The notes: generated by a model from the letters alone, not told the origin. A stretch of DNA of 53,735 nt from Planctomycetota bacterium (GCA_022616235.1 JAKEFC010000077.1:1-53735); one strand, 5' to 3'. Shown: positions 1 through 9,074, counted from the first letter of the stretch. Translations and numbers: made by a program.

Positions 1-130
1 CGCCTCTACGTATTTCTCCATCAATACGCCTCGGCGGCTCTCCTTGACATCCGGCGCCTCGTTCGACCTCGGGGCAACGGCTTCATTCTGAAACGTGCTC
101 TAGAACTCCAGCGATGCGATGGGAGGCATC
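1..130 (-). repeat. Copy A (cut by the window edge) of a modular intergenic repeat family, directly downstream of the DUF167 gene
   Basis: Positions 9-68 align without gaps to 39106-39165 (copy B) at about 78% identity (47/60). The region includes the tip hairpin CGTATT-N8-AATACG and the block GGCTCTCCTTG. Positions 73-105 carry a 15-nt identity (reverse complement AGAGCACGTTTCAGA) to the palindrome at 27731-27757. AACTCCAG at 104-111 matches 39170-39178. Confidence 0.6.
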
Positions 131-162
131 TATATAGCGGAAATTGCGCGAGGGCAACGAGA

Positions 163-525
163 CTATCGCTCTCGGCGCGAACGCGCGAGCGCGGCGAGAT
201 CGATTGCGAGCCGCTCGGGCGCGACTCCGTGGACCTCCAGGATCTTCCGCCTCGAAGTCGCGCCGCCGACGACCTCGACTGCGCTCTTCCTAAGGCCGAG
301 CGCGCGCGCCACCGCCTGCGCGGCGGCGGCATTCGCTCTCCCTCCCTCGGGCGGAGCGGCGACGCGCACCAAGAGCGCGCCGCCGCGTGTGCCGCCGACC
401 GCGGTGCTGCTCGCCCCCGGCAGGACGTGGGCGGCGAAAAGCAGGCGGCCGCCGCCCGCGTCGGTGACCGCGACGCCGCCCGCCGCGGTCGACCGCGGCC
501 ATTCCCTTCCGGAGCGCTCGCTCAT
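163..525 (-). CDS. yggU: DUF167 (YggU) family protein
   Basis: This is the C-terminal 120 aa of track ORF 163..1323(-). The motif LLVRVAAPPEGGRANAAAAQAVARALGLRKSAVEVVGGATSRRKILEV is typical of DUF167 (APP.eGkAN ... G.tSR.K). Its ATG at 525 overlaps the TGA of the upstream kinase (ATGA). Confidence 0.8.
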   Translation of the reverse strand: MSERSGREWPRSTAAGGVAVTDAGGGRLLFAAHVLPGASSTAVGGTRGGALLVRVAAPPEGGRANAAAAQAVARALGLRKSAVEVVGGATSRRKILEVHGVAPERLAIDLAALARSRRER

Positions 526-3155
526 TCGGAGCCGGCGCCGCCGCGCGTTTCCTCGAGCAGCGCGAGGAGCACTCGCAATTCCGTCAGTTCGCGCGCTTCC
601 GCCGCGCCGGCGGCGATCCCGCGCCACAGCTTGTCGGATTGTTCCGCCGCGCCGGCGGCGTATGCGACGAGTCCCACGTAGAGCCGGTGTTTGTCGGTGC
701 GGGCGCAGAGACCGAGGACTTGCGCGCACTCGGGCGCGGCGATCTCGTCCCACCTGCGAAAACTCTCGGGAATCGCGCCCACTTCCCGGTAGTAGAGCTT
801 GTCGCGATCGAAGCGCGTGATTTCGACGCTCTGCGCGCTGCCCTCGATCGCGAGCGTCACGATGGCGCCGCGGCCCGGCTGCTTGGCGACGAGATCTTGG
901 AACACCGCCGGCCAGGCCTTGAGGTGCACTTCGAGTTTCTCCAATGCCGCGAGATCGGCGCCTTGAAGCGAGCCGGCGCGGCGCGCGGTCAAGATGTCCC
1001 GCGTCAAGTCGCTGCCGGACAGCGACACGTCTTTCGCGAGCAGGCCAAGCGCCCCCCGCATCAGGTTTCGGAGGAGCGTGCGGGAATCTTCTCCAGGAGC
1101 GGGCGCGGTCGCCTGGCTGCGCTCGATTTCGATGATTCGCGCAGTCAGTCCCTCGATCGCCGCCTTGATCTCCGGAAAGTCGCCTACTCGCCGGTCGAAG
1201 GCGGCGAGAGCTGCCTTCGCGTCGAAGTACGCGCGGTCGTTCACGCGCTGCTGCACGCTTCGCTCGATCTCCTCCCAGTCCGCGTTGACTTTGCCCGCGA
1301 GGGCGTTCATCGCGTCTTGCCACTCGCGTCCGAGTTCGGGATCGAGGGAAGCGCCGCGCGCGTCGGCGGGAACTCCCATCAACTCGTCGTAGGCGAGGTC
1401 GTAGTAGCGATTCCGCGCGTGTTCGCTCGCGTTCTTCACCGCCGCTTCGACCGCGCGCTCCAGGTCGCGCCGCCGCCTCGCGATTTCTTGCACCTGCGAT
1501 CGCAGGGCCGCCAGGAGCTTCAGCGCTTCCGCGCGCACGGCTTCGAATTCCGCGTGATCCGCCGCGACCTTTTCGAGCTGCGCGATCGCCGCTGGGGCGC
1601 GTTCGACGACGCCGATCTCCGGGCGGAGCGCCGCGAGATCGGCGGCGGTCGTTTTCGCGGCCTCCAGCTCTTCGTCCGCCAGGCGGCTCCGTTCCGCGAG
1701 ACGGCGGCGGTCATCGCGCTCTCGCCACTTTTCTTCGAGCCGCATCCGCGTGGCTCTCTGCTCTTCCAGCAGGATCTCCGCTTCCGGCAGGCCGTCCAAC
1801 GAGGCGCGGGCTTCTTGCAGGTTGCCGCCGTCGATCGCGCCCTCGATCTTGGCGAGCGCATCTGCGCAGGTCGCGATGACGCGGGCACGCGCGCTCGCCT
1901 CTTGGGTCCTGTGGCGCTGCCACTGCACCGCTCCGAAGATGCCCGCTGCGAGCAGGACGGCGCCGGCGAGCAGCCAATAGGGCAGCAAGCGCCGCGCGCG
2001 CGGCACGACAGCGATCGCGGTCTCATCCTCCGGGAAGCGCTGCAAGAGCGGGCGCAGCTCTTCGAGCAGCGCCGTCGCGGAGAGCGGGCGCTGATCCGGT
2101 TGCTTCGCCATCATTCGGTCGACCATGCGAGCGACCTCGTCGGGCAGGTCGGCGACGCGGTCCTTGAGGCGCGGAGGTTCATCTCGTAGGTGCTTCAGGA
2201 TCACCTCTCGCGGCGTCGCCCCGCTGAACGGAGTCTTGCCGCACAGCATCTGATAGAAGGAAACGCCGAGCGAATAGATGTCGACGCGGTGGTCGATGTC
2301 GTGGCCGCGCGCCTGCTCCGGAGCGATGTAGTGCGGCGATCCGCTTACTCCATCTTTTTGAGAGATGCTGCCCTCCCCCTCCGTCGAGCGCGCGATCCCC
2401 AGATCGCCGATCTTGATCACGCCATTGGCGCCGACCATGAGATTGCCGGGCTTGATGTCGCGGTGGATGATCCCTTTGTGCTCCGCGTACTCGAGACCTT
2501 GCGCCGCATCGCGGACGATGCGAAGAGCGCGCGGGAGCGGCAGCGCGCCTCCCAGGTTGAGAATGTCCTCGACGCTGCCGTTCGGAATGAACTCCATCGA
2601 GAAGAAGTAGGTTTCCTGGTGTACGCCTACGTCATAAACCTGCACGATATTCGGATGGCTCAACGCGCCCGCGGCGCGCGCTTCCCGAATGAAGAGGTTT
2701 ACGAAGCTGGCGTTGCTCGTCAGATGCGGGGCGAGGATCTTCAACGCGACTTCGCGGTCGAGCGATGTCTGCAACGCCCTGTACACGGTCCCCATCCCGC
2801 CGCGCCCGATCCGGTCGAGGATGCGGTAGCCGGAGATCTCCTGCCCGACCAGGGAAGGCTTGTTCTCGTCGATAAACGTGATGCTGGTATCTCCGACTTG
2901 GATGCGGTCGTTCGAGGTGAGCGGCTGAACGCCCTTGACCGCGCGTCCGTTGAGCAGAGTGCCGTTCGAGCTGCCCAAGTCGCGGATGTGAAACGATCCG
3001 TTTTGCACTTCGACCTGGCAATGGCGGCGCGAGGTCATCTCATCTTGCAGCGGCACCTGCGCGGCCTTGTCGCGCCCGATGAAGAACGGACCTTCCGCGG
3101 TGATGAAGTACGACTTCCCGCGGTCGGGTCCATTCTCGATGATCAACTTCGGCAC
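522..3155 (-). CDS. FHA-domain Ser/Thr protein kinase with one TM helix and a long helical extracytoplasmic C-terminal region
   Basis: N-terminal FHA motifs are present (FFIGRDKAAQVPLQD..TSRRHCQV..SSNGTLLNG). Hanks kinase motifs are present (GRGGMGTVYRA, VALKIL, HRDIKPGNLM, DLGIA, GSPHYIAPE). The TM helix is WLLAGAVLLAAGIFGAVQW, followed by about 430 aa of Ala/Glu/Arg-rich helical sequence. Confidence 0.9.
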   Translation of the reverse strand: MPKLIIENGPDRGKSYFITAEGPFFIGRDKAAQVPLQDEMTSRRHCQVEVQNGSFHIRDLGSSNGTLLNGRAVKGVQPLTSNDRIQVGDTSITFIDENKPSLVGQEISGYRILDRIGRGGMGTVYRALQTSLDREVALKILAPHLTSNASFVNLFIREARAAGALSHPNIVQVYDVGVHQETYFFSMEFIPNGSVEDILNLGGALPLPRALRIVRDAAQGLEYAEHKGIIHRDIKPGNLMVGANGVIKIGDLGIARSTEGEGSISQKDGVSGSPHYIAPEQARGHDIDHRVDIYSLGVSFYQMLCGKTPFSGATPREVILKHLRDEPPRLKDRVADLPDEVARMVDRMMAKQPDQRPLSATALLEELRPLLQRFPEDETAIAVVPRARRLLPYWLLAGAVLLAAGIFGAVQWQRHRTQEASARARVIATCADALAKIEGAIDGGNLQEARASLDGLPEAEILLEEQRATRMRLEEKWRERDDRRRLAERSRLADEELEAAKTTAADLAALRPEIGVVERAPAAIAQLEKVAADHAEFEAVRAEALKLLAALRSQVQEIARRRRDLERAVEAAVKNASEHARNRYYDLAYDELMGVPADARGASLDPELGREWQDAMNALAGKVNADWEEIERSVQQRVNDRAYFDAKAALAAFDRRVGDFPEIKAAIEGLTARIIEIERSQATAPAPGEDSRTLLRNLMRGALGLLAKDVSLSGSDLTRDILTARRAGSLQGADLAALEKLEVHLKAWPAVFQDLVAKQPGRGAIVTLAIEGSAQSVEITRFDRDKLYYREVGAIPESFRRWDEIAAPECAQVLGLCARTDKHRLYVGLVAYAAGAAEQSDKLWRGIAAGAAEARELTELRVLLALLEETRGGAGSE

Positions 3156-3233
3156 TCGCCGACTCCTGCCTGCACTCGCGCTTCCGGCGAGCTAGACGTG
3201 AACGCGCGGCGGCTCCGGCCGGCGTCCTCGCTC

Positions 3234-3950
3234 TCATCGGTATAGGACGCTTCCGAGGCGCAGGAGCGTCGCGCCCTCCTCCACCGCGACAGGGTAATCG
3301 TTGGACATACCCATGGATAGCTCCTGGAATTGCGCGGCACGCTCCTTCGACAGGTCTGCGCGCAAGGAGTCGCGCAGCTCGCGAAGCTGCCGGAAGTACG
3401 ACCGGCAGTTCTCCGCATCGACGAGGGGGGCAATCGTCATGAGGCCGCGCAAGTCGATCGCAGGAAAGTCTCGAGTCCATTGCAGGATCTCGGCGGCTGC
3501 ACCGGCATGCGGGAGCCCGCCCTTCGAGCGCTCGCTGGAGACGTTCACTTGCGCGAGGCAGCGCGCGGTGGTGCCATTCGTTCTGCACCATTCTTCGATC
3601 GCCGCGGCAAGGCGCCGGGAATCGAGCGCGTGGAAGAGACCCACGCGAGGAAGGACGCGGGCGATCTTGTTGCGTTGCAAGTGCCCGATGAAATGCCATT
3701 CCACGTTCCGTGCGGCGTCCGCCGGAGCCCTTTCTTCCAGAGCGTTGGCGCGGTTCTCTCCGAGCGGACCGTAGCCGGCGGCGGCCAGCCGAAGGCTGTC
3801 CGCGGCGGCGAGGTATTTCGTGACGACGACGATGCGAGGCGGCGCGCCGCCACCGGCGCGCGTGCGGGCGGCGATCGCCGCTACTTCGCGGGAGATCTCG
3901 GAGAAGCGCCGGCGAAAGTCGGCGAGGTCGAGCCGGCGCGTCTCAACCAC
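3234..3950 (-). CDS. yggS: YggS-family pyridoxal-phosphate homeostasis protein
   Basis: Motifs VVTKY, GENR, WHFIGHLQRNK, GLMTIAP and ELSMGMSNDY are present across the full 238 aa length. The gene overlaps the dnaE stop by 8 nt. Confidence 0.9.
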   Translation of the reverse strand: MVETRRLDLADFRRRFSEISREVAAIAARTRAGGGAPPRIVVVTKYLAAADSLRLAAAGYGPLGENRANALEERAPADAARNVEWHFIGHLQRNKIARVLPRVGLFHALDSRRLAAAIEEWCRTNGTTARCLAQVNVSSERSKGGLPHAGAAAEILQWTRDFPAIDLRGLMTIAPLVDAENCRSYFRQLRELRDSLRADLSKERAAQFQELSMGMSNDYPVAVEEGATLLRLGSVLYR

Positions 3951-6900
3951 GACATACGAGCACGCGTTCGCTGCCGACGAGTTCGCGCAGCTCCGCGAGC
4001 ATGTCGCGAGTCGCCGCCACCGACAGGCGTACCTCCGTCCTTACGACCCAACGCTCTCCGCCGCCGGAGCGGAACGACAGCGCGAGAGGAAGCTCTCCGG
4101 GGTGGCGCTGCGCAACCTCCTTCAATCGGAACAATTCGTCTTCGCTGGTACGCTCCGCGTCGAACGCCACTTCGATCAGGCGGCCGCAGCGCTCCAGCGC
4201 GCGCTCGAGCGGAATCAGCGTGTCGGCACGGAGCGAGAGCCTATCGTCGCGCGTCTCCGTCTCGCCTTGCACGAGAAGGATCGCTTCTTCCTTGATCATC
4301 GCCTGCTCGCTCCTGTAGATGCTCGGGAAGACAACGACCTCCACGGAGCCGCTCTGGTCCTCGACGGTGACGAGCGCCATCGGCTCGCCCTTCTTGGTCT
4401 GGCGCAGGCGGACCTTCGCGATGCGAACGCCGAGGGTGACCTTGGTGGCGTCCGCCGACTCCGCAAGCTCCGCCACCATGTGCGTGCGAAACGGCTGGAT
4501 ATCGGGCTCGTATTGCGCGAGCGGATGCCCGCTGAGATAGAATCCGAGCGAGCCGAGCTCCGCCGCGAGCCGTTCCGATTCGGTCCATTCCGGCACGTTG
4601 GGATAGTCGTGGCGCGTCGCGCCTGCGGGCTCGGCGCCCTCGGCGAAGAGCGAGAGCTGCCCCGCGCGCTCTTCCGCGCGCAAGCGGTTGCCTTCTTCCA
4701 TCGCCTCGGCGACCGCCGCCGATAGCGCCGCGCGCGATGCGCACAGCTCGTCGCAGGCGCCCGCGCCGATGAGTTGGTCGAGCACCGCCTTATTCACGGT
4801 GCGGAGGTCGACTCTCCTCGTGAGATCGTACAGCGTCCGGAAAGGGCCTCCCGCATCGCGCGCGGAGACGATGTCTTCGGCGGCTTTCTCGCCGACACCT
4901 TTCAGCGCCACGAGCCCGTAATGGATCTCGCCGTTCCGGACCGTGAAGTTCGCCGCGGAAGAGTTGATGCGCGGCGGGTGCACCGAAATCCCCATGCGGC
5001 GGCACTCGGCGATCAATTCGACGATCTTGTCCATGGCGCCGATCTCGCAGCTCAACGCCGCGGCCATCAGCTCGGCGGGAAAGTTCGCCTTGAGATACGC
5101 CACGCGATAGCTGATCACCGCATAGGCGGTCGAGTGAGACTTGTTGAACCCGTACTTCGCGAAGTGCTCGATCTGCTCGAAGATCTCGCGGGCGATGTGC
5201 GGTGGGATCTCGCGCAGCCGCGCTCCTTCCGTGAACTGGTCCTTGAAGCGCGCGAGGATCTCGGGCTTCTTCTTCCCCATCGCCTTGCGGAGCGAATCCG
5301 CCTCGTTCATGGAGAAGCCCGCGAGATCGTGCGCGATGCGCATTACCTGCTCTTGATAGAGGATCACCCCGTTCGTCTCGCCGAGGATCGAGGCGAGGCT
5401 GGGGTGCAGGTAGGAGATCTTCTCCCGAGCGTGCTTGCGGTCGCAGAAGACCTTCTCCATGCCGCTGCCGAGCGGGCCCGGCCGGAAGAGCGCGAGCGCC
5501 GCGATCAACTCTTCGAATCGGTCGGGGCGCAGGCGCCGGAGCAGCTCTCGCATCCCGGAGGACTCGAGCTGGAAGATGGCGGTCGTATTCGCGGAAGCGA
5601 GCAGCTCGTAGGTCTTGCGGTCATCGAGCGGGATCTCCTCGAGCGCGAGCCGCCGGCCGCTCTCCGATTCGATGTTGTCGAGAGCGCGGTCGAGGATCGT
5701 CAGCGCGTTGAGCCCGAGGAAGTCCATCTTCAGGAGGCCGATGCTCTCGAGCGCCTCCATCGTGTATTGGGTGGTGATTTCGCCTTTGTTACGGCAAAGC
5801 GGGACGATTTCCGTGAGCGGAGCGTCGGAGATCACGACGCCGGCGGCGTGAGTCGAGCAGTTGCGGTTGAGCCCTTCCAGCCGCAGCGCGATCGAGAACA
5901 ACTCCTGGTAGCGCGCATCCTGCGAGAGCGCCTTCAGCTCGGGCTCCTGCTCAATGGCTGCGGCGAGCGTGATGTCCAGCGTCTTGGGGATCGTCTTCGC
6001 GATCCCATCGACTTCCCCCAAGGGGATGCGCAGCACGCGCCCGACGTCGCGAATCACCTGGCGCGCCGCCATCGTGCCGAAGGTGACGATCTGACAAACG
6101 CGGTCGCTCCCATATTTTTCGCGCACGTATTGGATCACGCGCTCGCGGCCGTCGCGGCAGAAGTCGATGTCGATGTCCGGCAGCGAAATGCGATCGCTGT
6201 TCAAGAATCGCTCGAAGATCAGATCGTAGCGCAGCGGATCGACATCGGTGATGCCGAGGCAGTACGCGACGATGCTCCCGACCGCGGAGCCACGTCCCGG
6301 TCCCACCGGAATGCGCTGCTCGCGCGCGAAACGAATGAAGTCCCACACGATCAGGAAGTAGGACACGAATCCCATCTTCTCGATCATTTCGATTTCGTAT
6401 TCGAGGCGCCGGCGGCACTCCTCGGGGGGATTCGGATAGCGCGCCGCGAATCCCTCTTCGAGCAGCGAGCGGAAGAGCGCGAGATTCGAGGCGGCGAGCT
6501 CGGGGCCCTCGGCCACGGCATCGGACGCCGTCGCGCCAGGGTGGAATACCGGCAGATGGTTCGCCTTCGTGTCCAGTTCGAAATCGATCAGCGCCGCGAT
6601 TTCGCCCGCGGTGGCGACGGCGCCCGGGTAGTCGGCGAATATGCGCGCCATCTCATCCGCCGTGCGGAAGTGAAACTGGTTCGAGTCGAGACAGAGCCGA
6701 TCGGAGTCCTCCATCGTCGCGCCGGTGTTGATGCAAAGGTGCACTTCGTGAGAGCGAGAATCGTCCGGGTTCAGATAGTGAATGTCGTTCGTCGCGACGA
6801 TCGGCAGCCCGAGCTCGCGCGCGAGGGCGGGCACCTGCTCGAGCACGCGTTTCTGCTCTGGGAGGCCATGGTCCTGGATCTCCAGGAAGAAGTGGTCGTG

Positions 6901-7491
6901 CCCGAAGATCTGGGAATAGCGCCGCGCGGCGGCGCGTGCCTTGTCGCCCGCGCCGAGCAGGAGCGCGCGATTCACCTCGCTCGACAAGCAAGCGGAGAGG
7001 CCGATCAAGCCTCGCGCGTGCTTCGCGAGCAATTCGTGATCGATGCGCGGCTTGTAGTAGAACCCTTCGGTGTAGGCGCTGCTCGAGAGTCGGACCAGGT
7101 TTCGATATCCTTCCTCGTTGCGCGCGAGCAGCACGAGGTGAAAAAAGTTGTTGCCGGGGGTGTCGCGGCGGCGGTCGAAGCGGCTGCCGTCCGTGATATA
7201 GGCTTCCATGCCGATGATCGGCTTGATTCCCTCCTGCTTGCACGTCTGGAAGAATTCGACGGCGCCGAAAAGGTTCCCGTGATCCGTGAGCGCGAGAGCC
7301 TTCATGCCGCGGTCCTTCGCGGCGCGCACCAATGCCGGAATTGGGATCACCCCGTCGAGCAGGCTGTAATGGCTGTGCACGTGAAGATGGGCGAACGGCG
7401 GCGCCGGCACAGGTCCTCCGGTGTCATCCCCTCGGATCCTCCCAGGTGGGACTCGCTCCCGTGTTATAGGATTCCGCCGTAGGCCTGGCAA
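3943..7491 (-). CDS. dnaE: DNA polymerase III alpha subunit
   Basis: The ORF is 1182 aa. It has the PHP domain motif FAHLHVHSHYSLLDG..ALTDHGNLFG, the polymerase core motif FNKSHSTAYAVISY, and a C-terminal OB-like region. The start is uncertain by a few codons. Confidence 0.95.
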   Translation of the reverse strand: MPGLRRNPITRERVPPGRIRGDDTGGPVPAPPFAHLHVHSHYSLLDGVIPIPALVRAAKDRGMKALALTDHGNLFGAVEFFQTCKQEGIKPIIGMEAYITDGSRFDRRRDTPGNNFFHLVLLARNEEGYRNLVRLSSSAYTEGFYYKPRIDHELLAKHARGLIGLSACLSSEVNRALLLGAGDKARAAARRYSQIFGHDHFFLEIQDHGLPEQKRVLEQVPALARELGLPIVATNDIHYLNPDDSRSHEVHLCINTGATMEDSDRLCLDSNQFHFRTADEMARIFADYPGAVATAGEIAALIDFELDTKANHLPVFHPGATASDAVAEGPELAASNLALFRSLLEEGFAARYPNPPEECRRRLEYEIEMIEKMGFVSYFLIVWDFIRFAREQRIPVGPGRGSAVGSIVAYCLGITDVDPLRYDLIFERFLNSDRISLPDIDIDFCRDGRERVIQYVREKYGSDRVCQIVTFGTMAARQVIRDVGRVLRIPLGEVDGIAKTIPKTLDITLAAAIEQEPELKALSQDARYQELFSIALRLEGLNRNCSTHAAGVVISDAPLTEIVPLCRNKGEITTQYTMEALESIGLLKMDFLGLNALTILDRALDNIESESGRRLALEEIPLDDRKTYELLASANTTAIFQLESSGMRELLRRLRPDRFEELIAALALFRPGPLGSGMEKVFCDRKHAREKISYLHPSLASILGETNGVILYQEQVMRIAHDLAGFSMNEADSLRKAMGKKKPEILARFKDQFTEGARLREIPPHIAREIFEQIEHFAKYGFNKSHSTAYAVISYRVAYLKANFPAELMAAALSCEIGAMDKIVELIAECRRMGISVHPPRINSSAANFTVRNGEIHYGLVALKGVGEKAAEDIVSARDAGGPFRTLYDLTRRVDLRTVNKAVLDQLIGAGACDELCASRAALSAAVAEAMEEGNRLRAEERAGQLSLFAEGAEPAGATRHDYPNVPEWTESERLAAELGSLGFYLSGHPLAQYEPDIQPFRTHMVAELAESADATKVTLGVRIAKVRLRQTKKGEPMALVTVEDQSGSVEVVVFPSIYRSEQAMIKEEAILLVQGETETRDDRLSLRADTLIPLERALERCGRLIEVAFDAERTSEDELFRLKEVAQRHPGELPLALSFRSGGGERWVVRTEVRLSVAATRDMLAELRELVGSERVLVCRG

Positions 7492-7582
7492 GGAGCGGCA
7501 ACGCCGCCCCCGGCGTCATGCCGCGAGCGGCGCCGCATGGTTCCGCCTTGCAGAGCAGCCGCGCGCCGCCAAACTGGTTTCC

Positions 7583-7789
7583 ATGTCCACTCCGGAAGAT
7601 GGCCCCGGCGGCAGGTTCTGGGTGAGCGTCCTCTTTCGCTGCTGCAATGTGTATCAGCGCGTTTACTTCCGGAAAGGAGCGCGCACCACCTCGGGCCATT
7701 GTCCACGGTGCCTGCGCGAGGTGAATTTCGAGCTTAGAGAAGATGGTGAGCATGGAAGATTCTTCAGTGCGGAAGCGGTCCAACCCTAG
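7583..7789 (+). CDS. Small putative zinc-ribbon protein (68 aa)
   Basis: This uses an internal ATG of track ORF 7421..7789. Cys pairs are present (RCCNVYQRVYF ... GHCPRCLREVNF). No clear Shine-Dalgarno sequence is visible, and GC3 falls in the last ~15 codons. Confidence 0.4.
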   Translation: MSTPEDGPGGRFWVSVLFRCCNVYQRVYFRKGARTTSGHCPRCLREVNFELREDGEHGRFFSAEAVQP

Positions 7790-8498
7790 CGCGGCCGCAG
7801 CCGCAACCTCGGCTCCCGCGCCGGAACTACCCGCCCTCGCGAGCGAAGCGGGGATCGTCGAGCAGAGCAAAGTGTTCGCGCGCCTGTACGAAGAGGACGA
7901 GCGCGTGGACGGCCGCGCCCGCTGGTCCATAGGTGATGCACGGCGCCAGTGCTGGGCCTGCGCGGCGCTCCTTGCGGAACGCGCGGAGTTTCATACGGCG
8001 CTCTTCTTGGCAGGCACCCTCGAGCCGGCCGACCAAGTCGGCGTCGCCGCGGAGTTGTTCGAGCGCCGCGACTACTGCGCGCGCTGTTTCCCCGCGGTGC
8101 CGCTCGAGAGCCGGTTCGCGCACTGGCGCGGCACGATTCCGGCTTCCGAGACGCCGCCGAAGAAGATCGTGAACCTCACCGCGCTCCTCGCGTATTTCGA
8201 GCGCCTCGCTCCCGCGACTGCCGTGGAGGCAGGCGCCGCTTCGGCGCCGCCGGGGGCATCCGAGCAAGCCCCGATTCGGCTCGCGAGCGGGCTCGCGATC
8301 TCGCGCGCGCTGCTTCGCTTCTTGCTCGCACTGTTCCTCGTCCGCAAGAAGGCGCTGCGCTGGCGCGATCTTGCGGGCGGCGTGCTCGAGTTGGCCACGC
8401 GCGAGGAGCCGCCGCGCGTTTTCCGAGCGGCGGTGCCCGCCGTCGGAGAGCAGGAGCTCGAGGCGGCGATGGCCGCATTCGACGAGCTTTTCGCTTGA
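7743..8498 (+). CDS. Hypothetical protein with a CxxC...CxxC pair and a hydrophobic/basic segment
   Basis: The 251-aa ORF has good GC3. Cys motifs are QCWACAALL and RRDYCARCF, and the hydrophobic/basic segment is LLRFLLALFLVRKKALRW. The start is uncertain: it overlaps the preceding ORF by 47 nt, and alternative starts exist at 7752 and at GTG 7872. Confidence 0.55.
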   Translation: MVSMEDSSVRKRSNPSAAAAATSAPAPELPALASEAGIVEQSKVFARLYEEDERVDGRARWSIGDARRQCWACAALLAERAEFHTALFLAGTLEPADQVGVAAELFERRDYCARCFPAVPLESRFAHWRGTIPASETPPKKIVNLTALLAYFERLAPATAVEAGAASAPPGASEQAPIRLASGLAISRALLRFLLALFLVRKKALRWRDLAGGVLELATREEPPRVFRAAVPAVGEQELEAAMAAFDELFA

Positions 8499-8830
8499 TG
8501 AATTCCATTTCGACTCGCGACCAATCACTGCCGTAGAAGCCCGCGCGGAACGAAATCCAGCGAGTAATTCCCTCCACTTGTTGCCACTTCGCGCCGAGCG
8601 CTCGCGGTGCGCTCGCGATAACTCGCTACGCACCAACGAATTGCCGCCGCGCTCCGAAGCGCGCGCACAACAGGCGCGCCAGGCGCTCCGCGCGCGGCGA
8701 GAAAATTTCCAGAATTTTTCGTTTTCTCGCCTCAACAATCCGTAGCTGGATAACCGCGGCGAGTATCTAGAGGTTGAGCTTTTCGCGATGAGAGCCGCGA
8801 TTCTCTCGAACTTCCCCCTTCAGCGCGTGG

Positions 8831-8860
8831 TTGACGGATGCCGAATTAGTGCATTAGAGT
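8831..8860 (+). promoter_or_regulatory. Candidate sigma70-type promoter of the dcw cluster (Pmra-like)
   Basis: TTGACG (8831-8836), an 18-nt spacer, then TAGAGT (8855-8860). It lies immediately upstream of, and overlapping, the GTGG direct repeats. Confidence 0.35.
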
Positions 8861-8887
8861 GGTGGCAAGTGGTGCGAAGTGGTTTTC
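8858..8887 (+). promoter_or_regulatory. Candidate MraZ operator: three direct AGTGGT repeats with 10-bp phasing
   Basis: The sequence is AGTGGTGGCA AGTGGTGCGA AGTGGTTTTC. It lies about 190 nt upstream of mraZ and abuts the candidate -10. MraZ operators in other bacteria are phased GTGG(G/T) direct repeats. Confidence 0.55.
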
Positions 8888-9074
8888 GGGCTCGATTCCA
8901 GGCGGGAATCGTCACCACCGGCGTGGTTTCAGGAGGGCTGCTGCGCGCCGGACCGCCTTCGTAATTCATTGCGGTAAAGAGTTTTAGGGACAACGGTCCA
9001 AGCGACCTGCCGCCCGCTTGTGCCTTAGGCCCATTGGGAAGCCGCCCGAGTCGGTATTCGGAAAGGGCGTGTCC

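Noticed and set aside
163-1323. A 386-aa ORF on the minus strand overlapping the kinase gene.
   Set aside because: Only its last 120 aa (163-525) look like a real protein (DUF167). The remainder is Arg/Gly/Pro-rich out-of-frame translation of the kinase C-terminus, which is typical of high-GC shadow ORFs.
4774-7482. A 902-aa plus-strand ORF antisense to dnaE. Similar long antisense ORFs occur at 639-2189, 10869-12092, 14401-15630, 23671-25074, 26681-27736, 28572-29765, 43925-45826, 47475-48812 and 47980-49614.
   Set aside because: Each lies opposite a gene with unmistakable family motifs. Their translations are low-complexity (Arg/Ala/Gly/Pro/Asp) with no motifs. Long stop-free antisense frames are expected at about 70% GC.
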